A DNA stretch of 64,000 nt from the NCBI GenBank assembly GCA_028023455.1, contig JAQFVV010000009.1, positions 434,001 through 498,000 on the forward strand. The letters are read 5' to 3'. The notes beneath the pieces were generated by a model. It did not search any database. It was given only the letters and a program-made list of their open reading frames with translations, and was not told the origin of the DNA. Positions within the stretch are counted from its first letter, which is position 1, and every line of letters starts with the position of its first letter. Both the position numbers and the translations under genes were made by a program. Of this stretch, positions 52,350 to 64,000 are shown piece after piece. The DNA is from Epiperipatus broadwayi (Eukaryota > Animalia > Onychophora).

Positions 52350-55300
52350 TGTAGCCTTTGGTTTTGACCAAAGATGGCCAAGTGTGCAGCAGATGCCGTT
52401 CATTAAGAAAGAAAAAATTTTTCTCATAGAAGAAATTAATCAAATAAGGAAATTCAACAATAACAGTACTTTTAAAATGAACAAAGTAATCGGAAAGTTT
52501 TTAATGGTCATATAAGATATGAGTCGTATCTGGAAAATTTTGAAAGTTAATCTATAAGTGTGTTTTTGGAGTGTGGAGATAATTTTGGAGTATCACACAC
52601 TGTACCTTTAAGTATGCTTTAATTATTAAGAAATTAAGTAGCGAGATCGATTTATAATATTTATCTAATAAATAAATAAGTGAAAAGATCCATGAAAATT
52701 TAAATCGTAAAGATTTGACTTGTTCGTAATCATGCTTACTACAATAGTTAATTTTCAGAGAAATAGCTCTAAATTTTTAAATATTGCATGATAGATCATG
52801 TTAGGTGGAATTTATAGGATTAGTGAGTAAGGTTAGAACATGTGTGTGAGCGTGTATATGTGGTCTACATGTATAATATTTTATTTATTAGGACAATTAT
52901 AGAAAATTTTATTTCATACAATATACCATTCGATAGCAAATTAAAAGTACAATAATTTCATGTCAGTTTGAAATAAATCTGTAATAATATTCAATCATAA
53001 TTTTAAATTTAAACTCAGTCTATTTTTTTTTCTATTATAAAATTTTCTTTCAAGTTGTTATCCCTTTTTTTTTTTATAAGTCAAACATGGAAAAATTTCA
53101 AAAAACCATGTGATTATTAATATTGTGAATAAATTAATATAAAAACTGTGTTTAATAACCAATCAAAAGTTTAATACTCAGGTTGGGTCAAAAGATTGAA
53201 TCTAAAATGATTGACAGTCGGAGATTATAAAAAATGGTCTACACATTTTGGGAAGGTCTTTTCTCATTGTTCCCTTGCTCTGAACTCACGTCTCCCAGTA
53301 TTTTTTTTTTAGTTTCACTTTGCTAATCTAATGAATTTATACTTCGATTGTCAAGCTTCTGACTAAAATTTGATTGAAAAATTTGGTTATCTTCTGTAAG
53401 AATGTGTATATAAATAACTAAAATCAGGTGCACTTAATTTTTTGAACCCCAAAGTTGATCATGGATCGTATTTTCCAGAACAGCTAATTTGGTATAATGA
53501 CCATGTAGCGAACAAAGCATCTGCGGCCGGCTTACAAATTTTCTTCACATAAAATACTGCAGATATCAATTTTTATTAATAATGTTTTCATTATGACACT
53601 TACCATGAAAGAGAGATGGGACAAATGGTATTCCAAAAGAAAGAAAAAAAACTTTGGATGGAAATATTAAATATTAAACACAGTTATAAATTTTGTTTAG
53701 AAAATTAAGCAAAGTATCAGCTAAGTCATCTAAGTATCTTCATCGTAAAAGAAAGACCGATTCTTTATATGAGAGAAATGATAAAAAAAAAATGCTAAAA
53801 ATACTAGTGCCTAATGATAATGTAAAACTAAGTAAAATTGGAATGAAGTGAAAATGTAAGTATAAGACTTATAACTGACAGACTGAGTACCTATCCTGTG
53901 GAAATAATAGTTTAAAATCTGTAAAAGTTGGAATTATTGAAACAAGTGTAATATCATGACTAACTTATTAAGCTCAGCCCAAGACTCTACAAATCTATAT
54001 CTGTAAATTCAAAATGCATCTAGAAGAAACGTCTTACTGTATCCCAAAGGAAAAAGACAGCTGTTTTTATTAAAATATTAATTAGATAAATGGATGTGAT
54101 AATATGGTGAATTAATCGGAGAATGCAAAAATAAGATGTCATTTCTGAAACTTATGGGCATTAAAAAAATATGACATTTGGCTTATATGTGCACGCAATA
54201 ATCCTAGTGTGTATGGATGATCATCATCAATTATGAACTGTGCCAAAAGGACTCTTAAGTATAATTTTATTTCCTATTTTATGGTTAATTGATTGGTTAT
54301 AGGTTAAAGTTATTTATTGAATATATTTGTTAAACATAGTAAAAAATATCCTCGTATAGATTGAGGCTAGAGTAGAAAATATATATATATGCCTTTATAT
54401 TATTATTGCTAATATTGCTTAATCTGAATGTTATTATGAGATGAATGAAATAGTTACGTAAAAGTATGGAATGTTTAAGAGGTTCACAAATATAATTTTA
54501 TGCTTTTAGTTCAGATTAATATTTAAATGCTTTATCTTATTTATGTATTCTGAAAGTTTAATACTGTTATGTCCTAGAATGTGAGAGTTTTGAAGTCAGT
54601 ATATGTTAAATAAAATGAACGATGTACATTTCTTATTTTCTAGTACAGTATTTGAAACTAGAATAGTTTTATTTTATTGTTATTATTTAGTCATATTAGA
54701 CTATTGCTAAATTATCTGTTCATGCATCAGTAGTATAGTTTTCTTTATGGAGTCAAACTGTGTTCTCTTATGATTATGTGTAGTTGTAAGTGACCCTGGT
54801 GTGATCAAGGTATGCAAAGATATCACTGCCTTGGAAGTGGAGATGGAGCTTAGCTCTCTAGTGATGATAATATTAAAAATTTTGATGTGTTCAGGGATCG
54901 AGGATGTATTCCCAGCTCCATTTATATTTACTCTGTAAGATGTACATTGTTGTGGTAGTCATAGTGAGTTGTGCATTCCCATCTTCATAAGTGTAGTAAT
55001 GAAGTCTTAACATATTCCTTAGTCCTAAGGCAGAAGGTGGTCTGGGTTCATGCCTCCACTAATTTGTTATATGAATTTCTCTTCCTTACAGATGTATATT
55101 TTTCACCATATTTGGTATGAAATTTTGTTAAAATTTTGTAATGGATCACTGTTTATATTATGAAGTATATCATCTACTTTAGATTTTCAAAGTACAGCTT
55201 ATTGAATTGATGCATAATGTTTAGCTGAGCCTTGCTCGCAATCATTTAGAACTGATAATCCGTCAAAATTTAAATTATATTATTATTAATATTTTGGATA

Positions 55301-57404
55301 AGCAATGCACATCATATCCAGATGATAGCCGAAGCAAGATCACCACTGGACTGGTAAAATAGTTAAGTAATACTCATGTTGGGGATATAGCAAGCATTAA
55401 ATGAGTGAATGTGTATGAACAAAACTTCTAAAATTGCCAATCATTCTAGAATAATAGCTAAGGAAATTAATATGTGGGTAAGCAATAATTCATATAGGTA
55501 TTTAGAAGTATTCAGCAGACATTTAGGCATAATATTGATTTACTAGATCCATAGCCTTAAGGGGTATATTTATCTATTGAATTAAAGTTAGCAAGTTAAA
55601 TTTAATTATTAAGCATAGTTATTATAGTGTGTTCTTGAAATTTGTCTCAAGAAAGTGCTATTGATCCAGCAAGACATAGCTGGTCGAAATATTTTATATT
55701 ATTAGTGTTCCTTATTTTGTTCAAGTACCTAAACAATGTAGATTTATAGCAAGAGGGGCATAGTTGTAAAAGTGCTAAGCACAGAAAATTAATAATCTTT
55801 CATAGTGGTGGTACATCCCTTATAAATATATATATATTTTAATTGTTACTCCATAGCTACAAAGATTTGGATTATATTGTTAATATTATTTCTCATTTAT
55901 TTAAGTAATAAACATTGTGTTAATTTAAAATTTTGCTATTGTGTCTTAATGTTTTTGGGTATCCATAACATCCAGAAATCCAATCATATGCAATTTTAAT
56001 AAAAATATTTAATGCTTATTTCAGTACACATGCATTATGAAATTTTTTTTCTTCTTTTAATTAACAATTTATTTTGAAATTGACGAAATATTTTAAGAGA
56101 CATTATTAACTTGTGTTGAAATTTTTCATGATTATTATGGCAAACATTTGGAAGATTTAAACTTAAAGTTAGTCATCATTTCCTATCGAGTGGACATAAA
56201 ATTCCTTTCCCACTCTGGATATTCAAATGTGTTCCCAGTCGATAATAAGTTTAGTCAAAATTTAATGCAGTTAAAATATTTTATTATAATTCATTGTTTG
56301 GTAATTTATCAGGTGTATTATTATTATTATTATTATTATTACTATTATTGGTTGATGAACAGTACATATTGGCAGGGGTAGATCTAGCGAATATCTACTT
56401 AAATTACATTCACTGGAATAGCATTAGTTGATAAAATTAGAGTTACTCATAAAAGCTTTACATTCTGAATTTGAATCCTGAGATTTGAAGACTTTAAGAT
56501 TATAATATTTTAGATTATAAAATTTAGAAAATGATGGGTGCTGGAATAATGTGGAGAAGAGAAGCTAGAAACTGGAGAAGATAGATGGAACTTGGAGAGA
56601 TCTTTGTCTTTAAGTGGCTCAATAATGGTTGAAAATGGTCGTGATGATGCACTATATTAATAATAATGTCTTTTTGAAGTATCAAAACAACCCTGAGATT
56701 TGAATACTTTAATATTATAATATTTTAGATTATAAAATTTAGATTATCAGATTTCAATTATAAAATAACTTACAAATTGGGGTCTGATGAATCAATGTGA
56801 TAATAAGATCAATTGAAATGAGAGTATTAATTTTGCTAATCTTGGAGCGTGAAAGATAACATTGAGGAGATAGTAATGTATCATCAACAATTTGGTTGGG
56901 GATTTATGTGAGGGGATACCGAGGTTGTTAACATGAGATGGGTGTGAGTTGAGGTTTCTTTTCCTCTCTTAGTGTAATGTAATAACTTGAAGTATTTATC
57001 AGTGGTATGATTCTCGGTATCCATATAAATTGCAAAATTATTTTATTTGCTAAATCCGAAATTTAACACAGCTGAAGTTGGTGTATGTGGCTTATTTGCA
57101 GATATGTGAATAGCAAGGTAGTCTATATTCTTTGGTGGATTCTAATTTGGATAGCTTGATTTAAGCTACATAATTCGTGAAGTGAACTTAACCCCAAATA
57201 TTTAAAATAAAAATTATTTTCAAATTTAATAAATTACTTGCCTTGCGAATTCATAACTTGTAAATCTGTCATGGCATCGAGTCGGTTTGGTAGCTGTTTC
57301 TCCAGGGTTACAATTTGGCGGCCTGGCAAATATTAGGTTTTCTCTATCTCTCTTCTTGCACAGTTAAAATTCGATATTTTTACCCGTCTCTCTCGTTTTC
57401 ATCA
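52350..57404 (+). repeat. 3' LTR (3' end decayed or truncated)
   Basis: Colinear with 43775-49420, roughly 10% diverged by eye; homology ends at cgttttc (~57400). Confidence 0.8.
56529..56691 (+). mobile_element. RTE 3'-end fragment plus 42 bp of unassigned sequence, flanked by a 52-bp direct duplication
   Basis: gtggagaagagaagctag...cttggagag...tgatgatg matches the RTE end at 2400-2500; flanks 56477-56528 and 56692-56743 are duplicates; single copy in the 5' LTR at ~48664-48713. Confidence 0.75.
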
Positions 57405-60400
57405 TTAGAGTATATATAATATTAATATTCTTATGTTTGTATTATTTATTTAATAATAATCCCAAGTTGCTGGAGTATTTTTTATTAGGTAAAATTTATA
57501 TAAGCCTATGTCTGTTTCATAGCATAGAAATTGCTCCCAGACATAGTGATATATAAAATAAACTGAACTAGTAATTCAAATATATCGCTGCTAAAATCAT
57601 TAACACAAAAAAAGATTATCCTCAAAATTTATATGTAGGATTTGCAAATGCTTCTTAACTTCTTAAATAATTTCTGCAGACAATGTTAGACTATAGCCAT
57701 TAAAACATCACATGATCACTTTTTCTTATGCTTGCACAAGATATTAAAACAGTAGCAAAATTTTCCACATCAAAGTGCAATTTAATAATGAAAACGTAGT
57801 AATGAATAGATGTTAGAAGGTTATGCACTGGAATTCTACAACTTGCACTATGTTGTGGCACTATTGTATAAAAAAAATTGTTACACTACATCAAATAAGT
57901 CATCAAAAATTGTCAAGTTCATCAAATTTTAACTTTCAACATAGTTCCAAATTAATAATTTCCTTATATTTTCATTTGGTTTGAATAATATTCATATTTC
58001 TTCCTACACTGGCATATGATGTACAGTAAAACCCAATATTAATTCAATTTTTTCATATAATGCTTGAAATTACTAATGATATTTAATGCATATCCACAAA
58101 TAAAGTTGCTATTTCCACAACCATTCCAATAATTTCTTCGGCAAAATATTTTTTACAAAATAATAATATCCAAAAGAGAATATATTAAAATAAACATACT
58201 GCAATAAAGAAAAAAATTATGCATAAAACTCCAAGACTGCAGAAAGTGATCTAATTATTATCATGGAGAAGTAGATAGACATTCATATCGAGTAATATGA
58301 CTATTGATCAGTTAGCAGATAATTATTGTAAAAATTAACAATCTGAATTTTTATATAAGATTTTTTTTTTAATTATTCAGAGATCAATTCCAAAACTATA
58401 TTGTTTGTTTCCCATAGTTCCAAGAAATCTCTGGTAAAAAATGTTATTTTCAATGATACACACAATCAAGTGTCTCATAAATTCTGACTTCAAAAACAAA
58501 CAAAAATCTGGTTTTGAATATTTATATTCAAACAAGGATAGAAGCTTACACTTCAACTAATTAGCATTTCAAAAATTATTACTTAAAATTCATATTGCAA
58601 ATTAGTTGTTAGCTTTATATCAAGTAATTATAAAATTCATTATCATTTATTCTTTTGACTTGTTTTTATTAATTAACCATTAAATCATATAGCAATGATA
58701 TACTGTGATTTCTCCTACATTATTAAAATATGATTGTCATTTTTGATTATTAAATTTAATTGAAATTTTAATTTCAAATAGATTTCATAAATAAAGTTTG
58801 AATATTTATCAAAATATTTATTTTAAAATATACAAAATGATTTTGAAATCTAATGCGGTGACCTATAAAATGACAGATTAATCAATATATTTATATAATA
58901 CTTTATAATAAAGCCAGAAAAAAATATTAATATCAGTTTTAATACAGAATTAAAATAAAAATAATCACAACTTAAATGTATTCTGTTAATTAAATAAAGA
59001 TGTATTTATAATAATGCAATCCTCTTTAATGCAAATCTATTTACAAATGGAACATATATAATTATTTAGTTTTGTTTTAAAAGTGAAATATTGAAATAAA
59101 TTCATATATGTGTTTGAATCAATTTAAAATTTATTTAAAATTACTTTTTTTCCAGATTTGTTCTATGAGATAAAGTCTACTATAGTGGTTTCCAACCTTA
59201 GATCACAATTTAAATTAAAAAGCAAAAAAAAAAAAAAGGGGGAGGGGGTTGGTGGAGCATTTTAAGGAAAACTAATGATTCTAGGAGATAAACAAACTGG
59301 AAAATCTAGGCAATTGCTTAGGGATGTCAGAAGATAAAATTCAACAAATAAATATGTCACTAAAATCAGATTCACTATCCATTAAACAGTATTATATTTT
59401 CCAGTATATTTGTGTATTTTATTCACTTAAAATATGTTTCAAATAAAAGAAAAATGATGATTTGTTTCAATCATTTATTGTAATCAGAATCAAGAACTTA
59501 CTGAAAAAGAATCATGGAGGTTATTTTGAAATAAAATCAAATTGTAACTTTTTTTGTCCTTCTTGTTTTCTTTACTTAAAAAATCTATTTTAAAAAAACA
59601 AATAATTATTACAGAAATTATTTTAACATCATTTAGTTAATATTCAAACAACAAAAACAAAATGAACCAACTGAGAAATCTTTTATAATATGCATTACTA
59701 CAAAAAGCGATGTAACAACTTTATTCAACATAAGCTAGAATTTGTTAACTATCAGGTTCTTTTTACTAAACCAGATAACCATTTAAACTTGTCGCAAATT
59801 GTATTTTAAAAAAGTAATAAACAAGTTCTATTAGTAAAAAAGAAAAATAATGAAAGGAGAAAAAAAACCAGAATGAATATAGTTCAGATATAACTTAATT
59901 TAAAAAAATATTAATCTATTATTGCAGTTTCTATTGTAATAAGTTATTTAATTGCCAAGCAATATTAAAATAATATTTTGAATCTGTATATGTTAATATA
60001 CGTTCATTAAATTGTATAGAATTTCATCTACTAATAAACTATATTCGTCAGAAATTTAAAAAGTGAACTTATTGTTACAGTGTGCTGACTCATTTAAATG
60101 TTTATTATCCTGAACTCCAAGTAATCCATTAATCATCCTCAAACATGAATACTATTGATTCTTTAAATACTTGAACTATTTGTACTATTCGGTAATTGTA
60201 CATGGAGAAGAATAAATATGCAAAATTTATTGAATAACACAATTCAATCACTGTAATAAAAAATATAACTCATATAGATTCTTCTGCATTGACTTTGCAT
60301 CATTCTTTTGCATCCATTTCCCTCAGGTATCATTCCCTAACTTTATCATCATACAGCAAAGTTTTATATTTTGCAGACCAAATCAGCAGTTGGTAAGTTT

Positions 60401-61184
60401 CCCTTTTGATTGTTATTACTCTAATATTTAATTATTGCTACTAAAGGTAATCTTAAGATTAAATAAATAACTATAACTTTCTAGACCCTGTTTAAGCAGT
60501 GACTTACACAAACCTCTGAAAAAGTTACATCTTAGAAATTCTTCTAATTCAATCATAATAGCAACTATAGAAAAGCTACTTATATCAAATTTTACCTCAC
60601 CAATTTTATATTGATCTTTATAACTTTTACTTGAAGACACCCTTTATGTTTTGTTTAAGTTTATTAATTATTGAGCTAACAAAATGTAAACAGGGCAGCT
60701 CATTAATATTTTTATTGGTCCTATAATGAACATCATAATAAGATTATAATTTCAAATAAATGAATTTCACAAATACAATCAATTTGATATAAGATAAAAC
60801 ATGAACAAAAAGATTAGTAAAGCTATATATTATCATACATTCAAAAACATTTCTAAGAATGAATATCTTCTCAATCAACTTGATTATAATTTTTTTTTTC
60901 ATTCACATGTATAATAAATAATTTGTCACAGCAGACTAATTTCCATGATCCAATATATTTTATTCTAAAAACTCTAATACATATTTCTGTTCTTAAATAA
61001 TCATCATTATTCTTCAAGTATAAAGATTATTTTTTTTTGCATATGCTTTTTTTTACTTAATGAATACTAGCATTATTCATCGGGAAAACTGCTCTTTTGC
61101 AGAAAAGCTCCCAACTGACTCAACTTATATAAATGTAAGGGCTTGCTCTTTTGGCAATATTATTTCCTCAAAATATTATTAATC

Positions 61185-61516
61185 TTAAGATTGTTGAAAA
61201 CTGTATGTGTGAAGAACCCTTCAATTCACACATGTAAATAATAAAGCAATAAAGCAATGCATAAATATCATACGTACCAAATCAATCAAATAAATAAAAT
61301 ATCCTTCAAAATTAATCACAATTAATAAGCATCAATTTTATTAAATCTTCTTAAAATGTACTCACCATTAACATTTAAGATTGTTGAAAACTATACATGA
61401 ACCCTTTGATACACACGTATAAGTAATAAAGCAGTGAGGCAATGCATAAATATCATACATACCAAATTAATCAAATAAATAAATTATCCTTCAAAATTAA
61501 TCACAATTATAAGCAT
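61185..61516. repeat. Two-copy tandem duplication, ~190-bp period
   Basis: ttaagattgttgaaaact ... ccttcaaaattaatcacaatt..aagcat begins at both 61185 and 61375. Confidence 0.85.
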
Positions 61517-62089
61517 AATAACTTAGATAAGATATGCTCATATAATTAGTGATAATGAAAAACAAAATTAAATTGATTGACATTATCATTTAAATATTAT
61601 TTGCTCACACAATTCAATACTGAATTCACATGTACATGCATTCACACGTAGTATGGCTATCATTTATAAGCTTCTATTCCATTTTTAATTTATAATGTAA
61701 ATGTATATTTCTTATATTAATCAATTTTAAATGAAATTTAATATTAATTTGAACTCAGAATACAGAAATTATTATTATCAATAATAAACAAAGTCAAGGA
61801 AAAAGGTGTTTGGGAAAAGCAACATTTAAGAAACTTGCAATTGCATAAAGAAAATGATAGTAAAATGTTCTGTTAGGCATGACACCTATCATTAATTTAT
61901 TTTATGTTTCTCAAGCTATTAGTTTTAAATTCAAACAAACTAAAGTTTTGAACATAAGCCACCTTAGATTAATCAAAGTTTATCAATATGTCACTACTTT
62001 CAATTTTCATGTACTTGATTAATCCCACAAAATATTTTAAGTCTCTAACAAAGAACTATATCTTATATGTCAAAAAACTAAGAATCTTA

Positions 62090-62900
62090 ATAATTTAAAT
62101 ACTGATAATTTAAATATTGATAAGTTTTGACACAGTGAATTTCTAGAACTAACACAAGTCTTACTGGAACATGATGTTTATGGAATTTAAATAGATTATA
62201 AAGATATGAAATTTTACTAAAACATAATGTCAACCTATTTTTTTCTAAATCGGATTGGATATCTGTGATAAATTTTGAATAATGCTTGTAGTTTTGTTTT
62301 TGTAACCAATAAATAATTTTTTGTATCGAGTTGCTATAAAGAGCTTTTATTATCATAATTTGTATTATTATTACAACTGTAGCATTGCCCTTGTCAGCAA
62401 AATCAGGAATAATTTGGTTATAGATTTGTATTAATTTGAGAAATTTAATAGCTTTAATGTCAATATAGACAATGTTTGATTTGGGTAGTTGTATTTCTCA
62501 AGTGTCCTTTTTATTTTTTAGTGTAAATTTGCTATTTTTTTTAGAGATAATTTTTGAATGACCTCCTCAATGGTGGGTTGATAACGTTTAATCTTTTCTC
62601 CAGAGAAGTTTCATCATTTGTTAAATGTTTAAAACTAAGGATTTTAAGTGATAAAGCTACTAGGTTTATAAATTACTTCTTTTGATGTTCTTTTATTTTT
62701 TCATGAAATTTAGAATATGATTTTTCTACTGATTGAAAAAAATTTTGTGAAATGTTCATCACTAAGTTTAATTTTTAGCAAACACTTCTATATTACCAAT
62801 GAAATGCAAGGATTGGTATTTAAAAAATCTTTGAATTTTTGTTCTTTCTCTTAATAAAACCTTACTTGCTTCCTTGAGTCATTTTCTCAGCTATCTGGAA
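62090..62900 (-). mobile_element. Penelope-like element, decayed RT N-terminal region
   Basis: Minus translation PKSNI..DIKAIKFLK...ADKGNATVV and YLYNLFKFHKHHVPVRLV matches the PLE motifs ADKGNxTV and LYGLPKIHKxxxPLRPIV. Confidence 0.75.
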
Positions 62901-63010
62901 GTGAAGTGGGGATTTTACAGCAAGCTTTTAGGGGAAAATCATTATGATTTATATTTTCATAGGAAAATTAGCTGATTTTCTATTTTGGCTAGTTTTAGAT
63001 ATAATTTTTC

Positions 63011-63390
63011 ATAAACATTTAAATAGTAATTAATTTATAGAGTGCACAGATAGGTTATGTAAATAGTCTGAACAGGCACTAATCTGTATTCAATGCACTT
63101 TAAAATTCGCAATAATCAAGCATATTTTGCTGTTAGAGGGATCTTCCAAACCATGACACAAGATAGCGACTTTTATAAAGATAAGAGTGGCTGTCTTATC
63201 TTTAACCTAAATGTCCATTTATATAGGCGAATCTGAAGCATCTTGATTTGGAAGCTGCTCTTATCTTTATAAAAGTCGCTATCTTGGGTCATGGTTTGGA
63301 AGATCCCTCTATTGGCAAAATATGCTTGATTATTGCAAAATTTTAAAGCGCATTAAATACAGGTGTCTGTTCAGACTATAAACATTTAAA
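63011..63390. mobile_element. Fold-back insertion; 13-bp TSD
   Basis: ATAAACATTTAAA at 63011-63023 and 63378-63390; ~40-bp extra segment, then arms ~63064-63205 and ~63256-63379. Confidence 0.8.
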
Positions 63391-63604
63391 GTTTGATATA
63401 ATATTGATACATATGATTGCTTTTTATCTGAAAATTTATGGTGATTGCACTTTACTTATAATTATATGTTCAACTACTTCTGTCACCTAGGATTATTTGT
63501 TAAATTTTTTTTTAAAAATCCAAACTTTTATTTAAAATTAATAACAGCACACAAGTAAGTGCATAACACAACATTTTGAGTGCTATTCTGTCCAGTGAGA
63601 ATAC

Positions 63605-63681
63605 TAGCATGGCTATCAAACCTGGGACCTTAAGATTTATAAATATTGAATTTAAAGTGATGCTCTAACCAATTAAGATAT
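63605..63681 (-). mobile_element. Decayed tRNA-derived SINE head or tRNA pseudogene
   Basis: Minus strand atcttaattggttagagcatcac (A-box-like) ... aaggtcccaggtttgatagcc (B-box-like). Confidence 0.4.
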
Positions 63682-63734
63682 TCTGTCAAGAGCATCATTG
63701 AACAGAAATTTGATATAATTATCTTTTGAATCCT

Positions 63735-64000
63735 TTAATTTCTCCATTTTTTTTCAAAGGCAAGATTAAAGAATGATTTATAAACATTGTGGATTATCAC
63801 ACTGGATTGACTTATGGAGTTATTTGCCATTATCATGCATGTAACTTCTTTAAATTTTCTTTTTTTTTCCTCTAAAATTTTTATGTTTTCCCAATCAAAC
63901 AAGTTATTATTGCTACATGCACGGATGATCACTTTATAAATACATCTGTATTTCTATCTCTTTAATCATTATTTTGTGCTCTTTTAATCATTTTTAAATA
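63735..64000 (-). mobile_element. Penelope-like GIY-YIG endonuclease C-terminal remnant
   Basis: Minus ORF contains FDWENIKILEEKKRKFKE, resembling the PLE EN tail HxFDWENxKIL ... KRKxKE. Confidence 0.6.

Larger units (their letters stand above)
43775..57404 (+). mobile_element. Non-autonomous Gypsy-type LTR retrotransposon with very long LTRs and gag only
   Basis: Two colinear ~5-kb direct repeats, both starting TGTAGCC; polypurine tract before the second; decayed gag between them; no pol motifs seen; no TSD found. Confidence 0.85.

Noticed and set aside
60428-60640. 70-aa minus ORF as an RT fragment
   Set aside because: Only a vague FDISS resemblance to FDVxSL, with no supporting neighbouring motifs.
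42000-64000. First AGPAT5 coding exon (ending FFFEN..GVQ/E)
   Set aside because: Not found; the KIGE|gtaaaa candidate near 60590 has no AGPAT similarity.

Overview
AT-rich animal genomic DNA, probably an invertebrate (inference), with no prokaryotic-type features and no CRISPR array. The only host gene I can support is a minus-strand AGPAT5-like acyltransferase, seen as two exons (41919-41997, 20499-20614) separated by a 21.3-kb intron. I found neither the first exon nor the downstream exons, so most or all of the window is probably intronic. The rest is transposon-derived: RTE and other APE/RT LINEs, three hAT elements, Penelope-like (PLE) RT and GIY-YIG remnants, and a ~13.6-kb Gypsy-type element with ~4.9-kb LTRs that carries only a decayed gag. 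The most striking signal is eight fold-back insertions that share one asymmetric architecture (12-16-bp target-site duplication (TSD), two inverted arms, one arm 40-60 nt longer). Four sequence families among them carry type-I hammerhead ribozyme (HHR) motifs with palindromic helix III. One arm ends exactly at the predicted self-cleavage site. Two independent copies of one HHR family contain the same LINE family joined at the same nucleotide. All structures were read by eye; none was computed or searched against a database.
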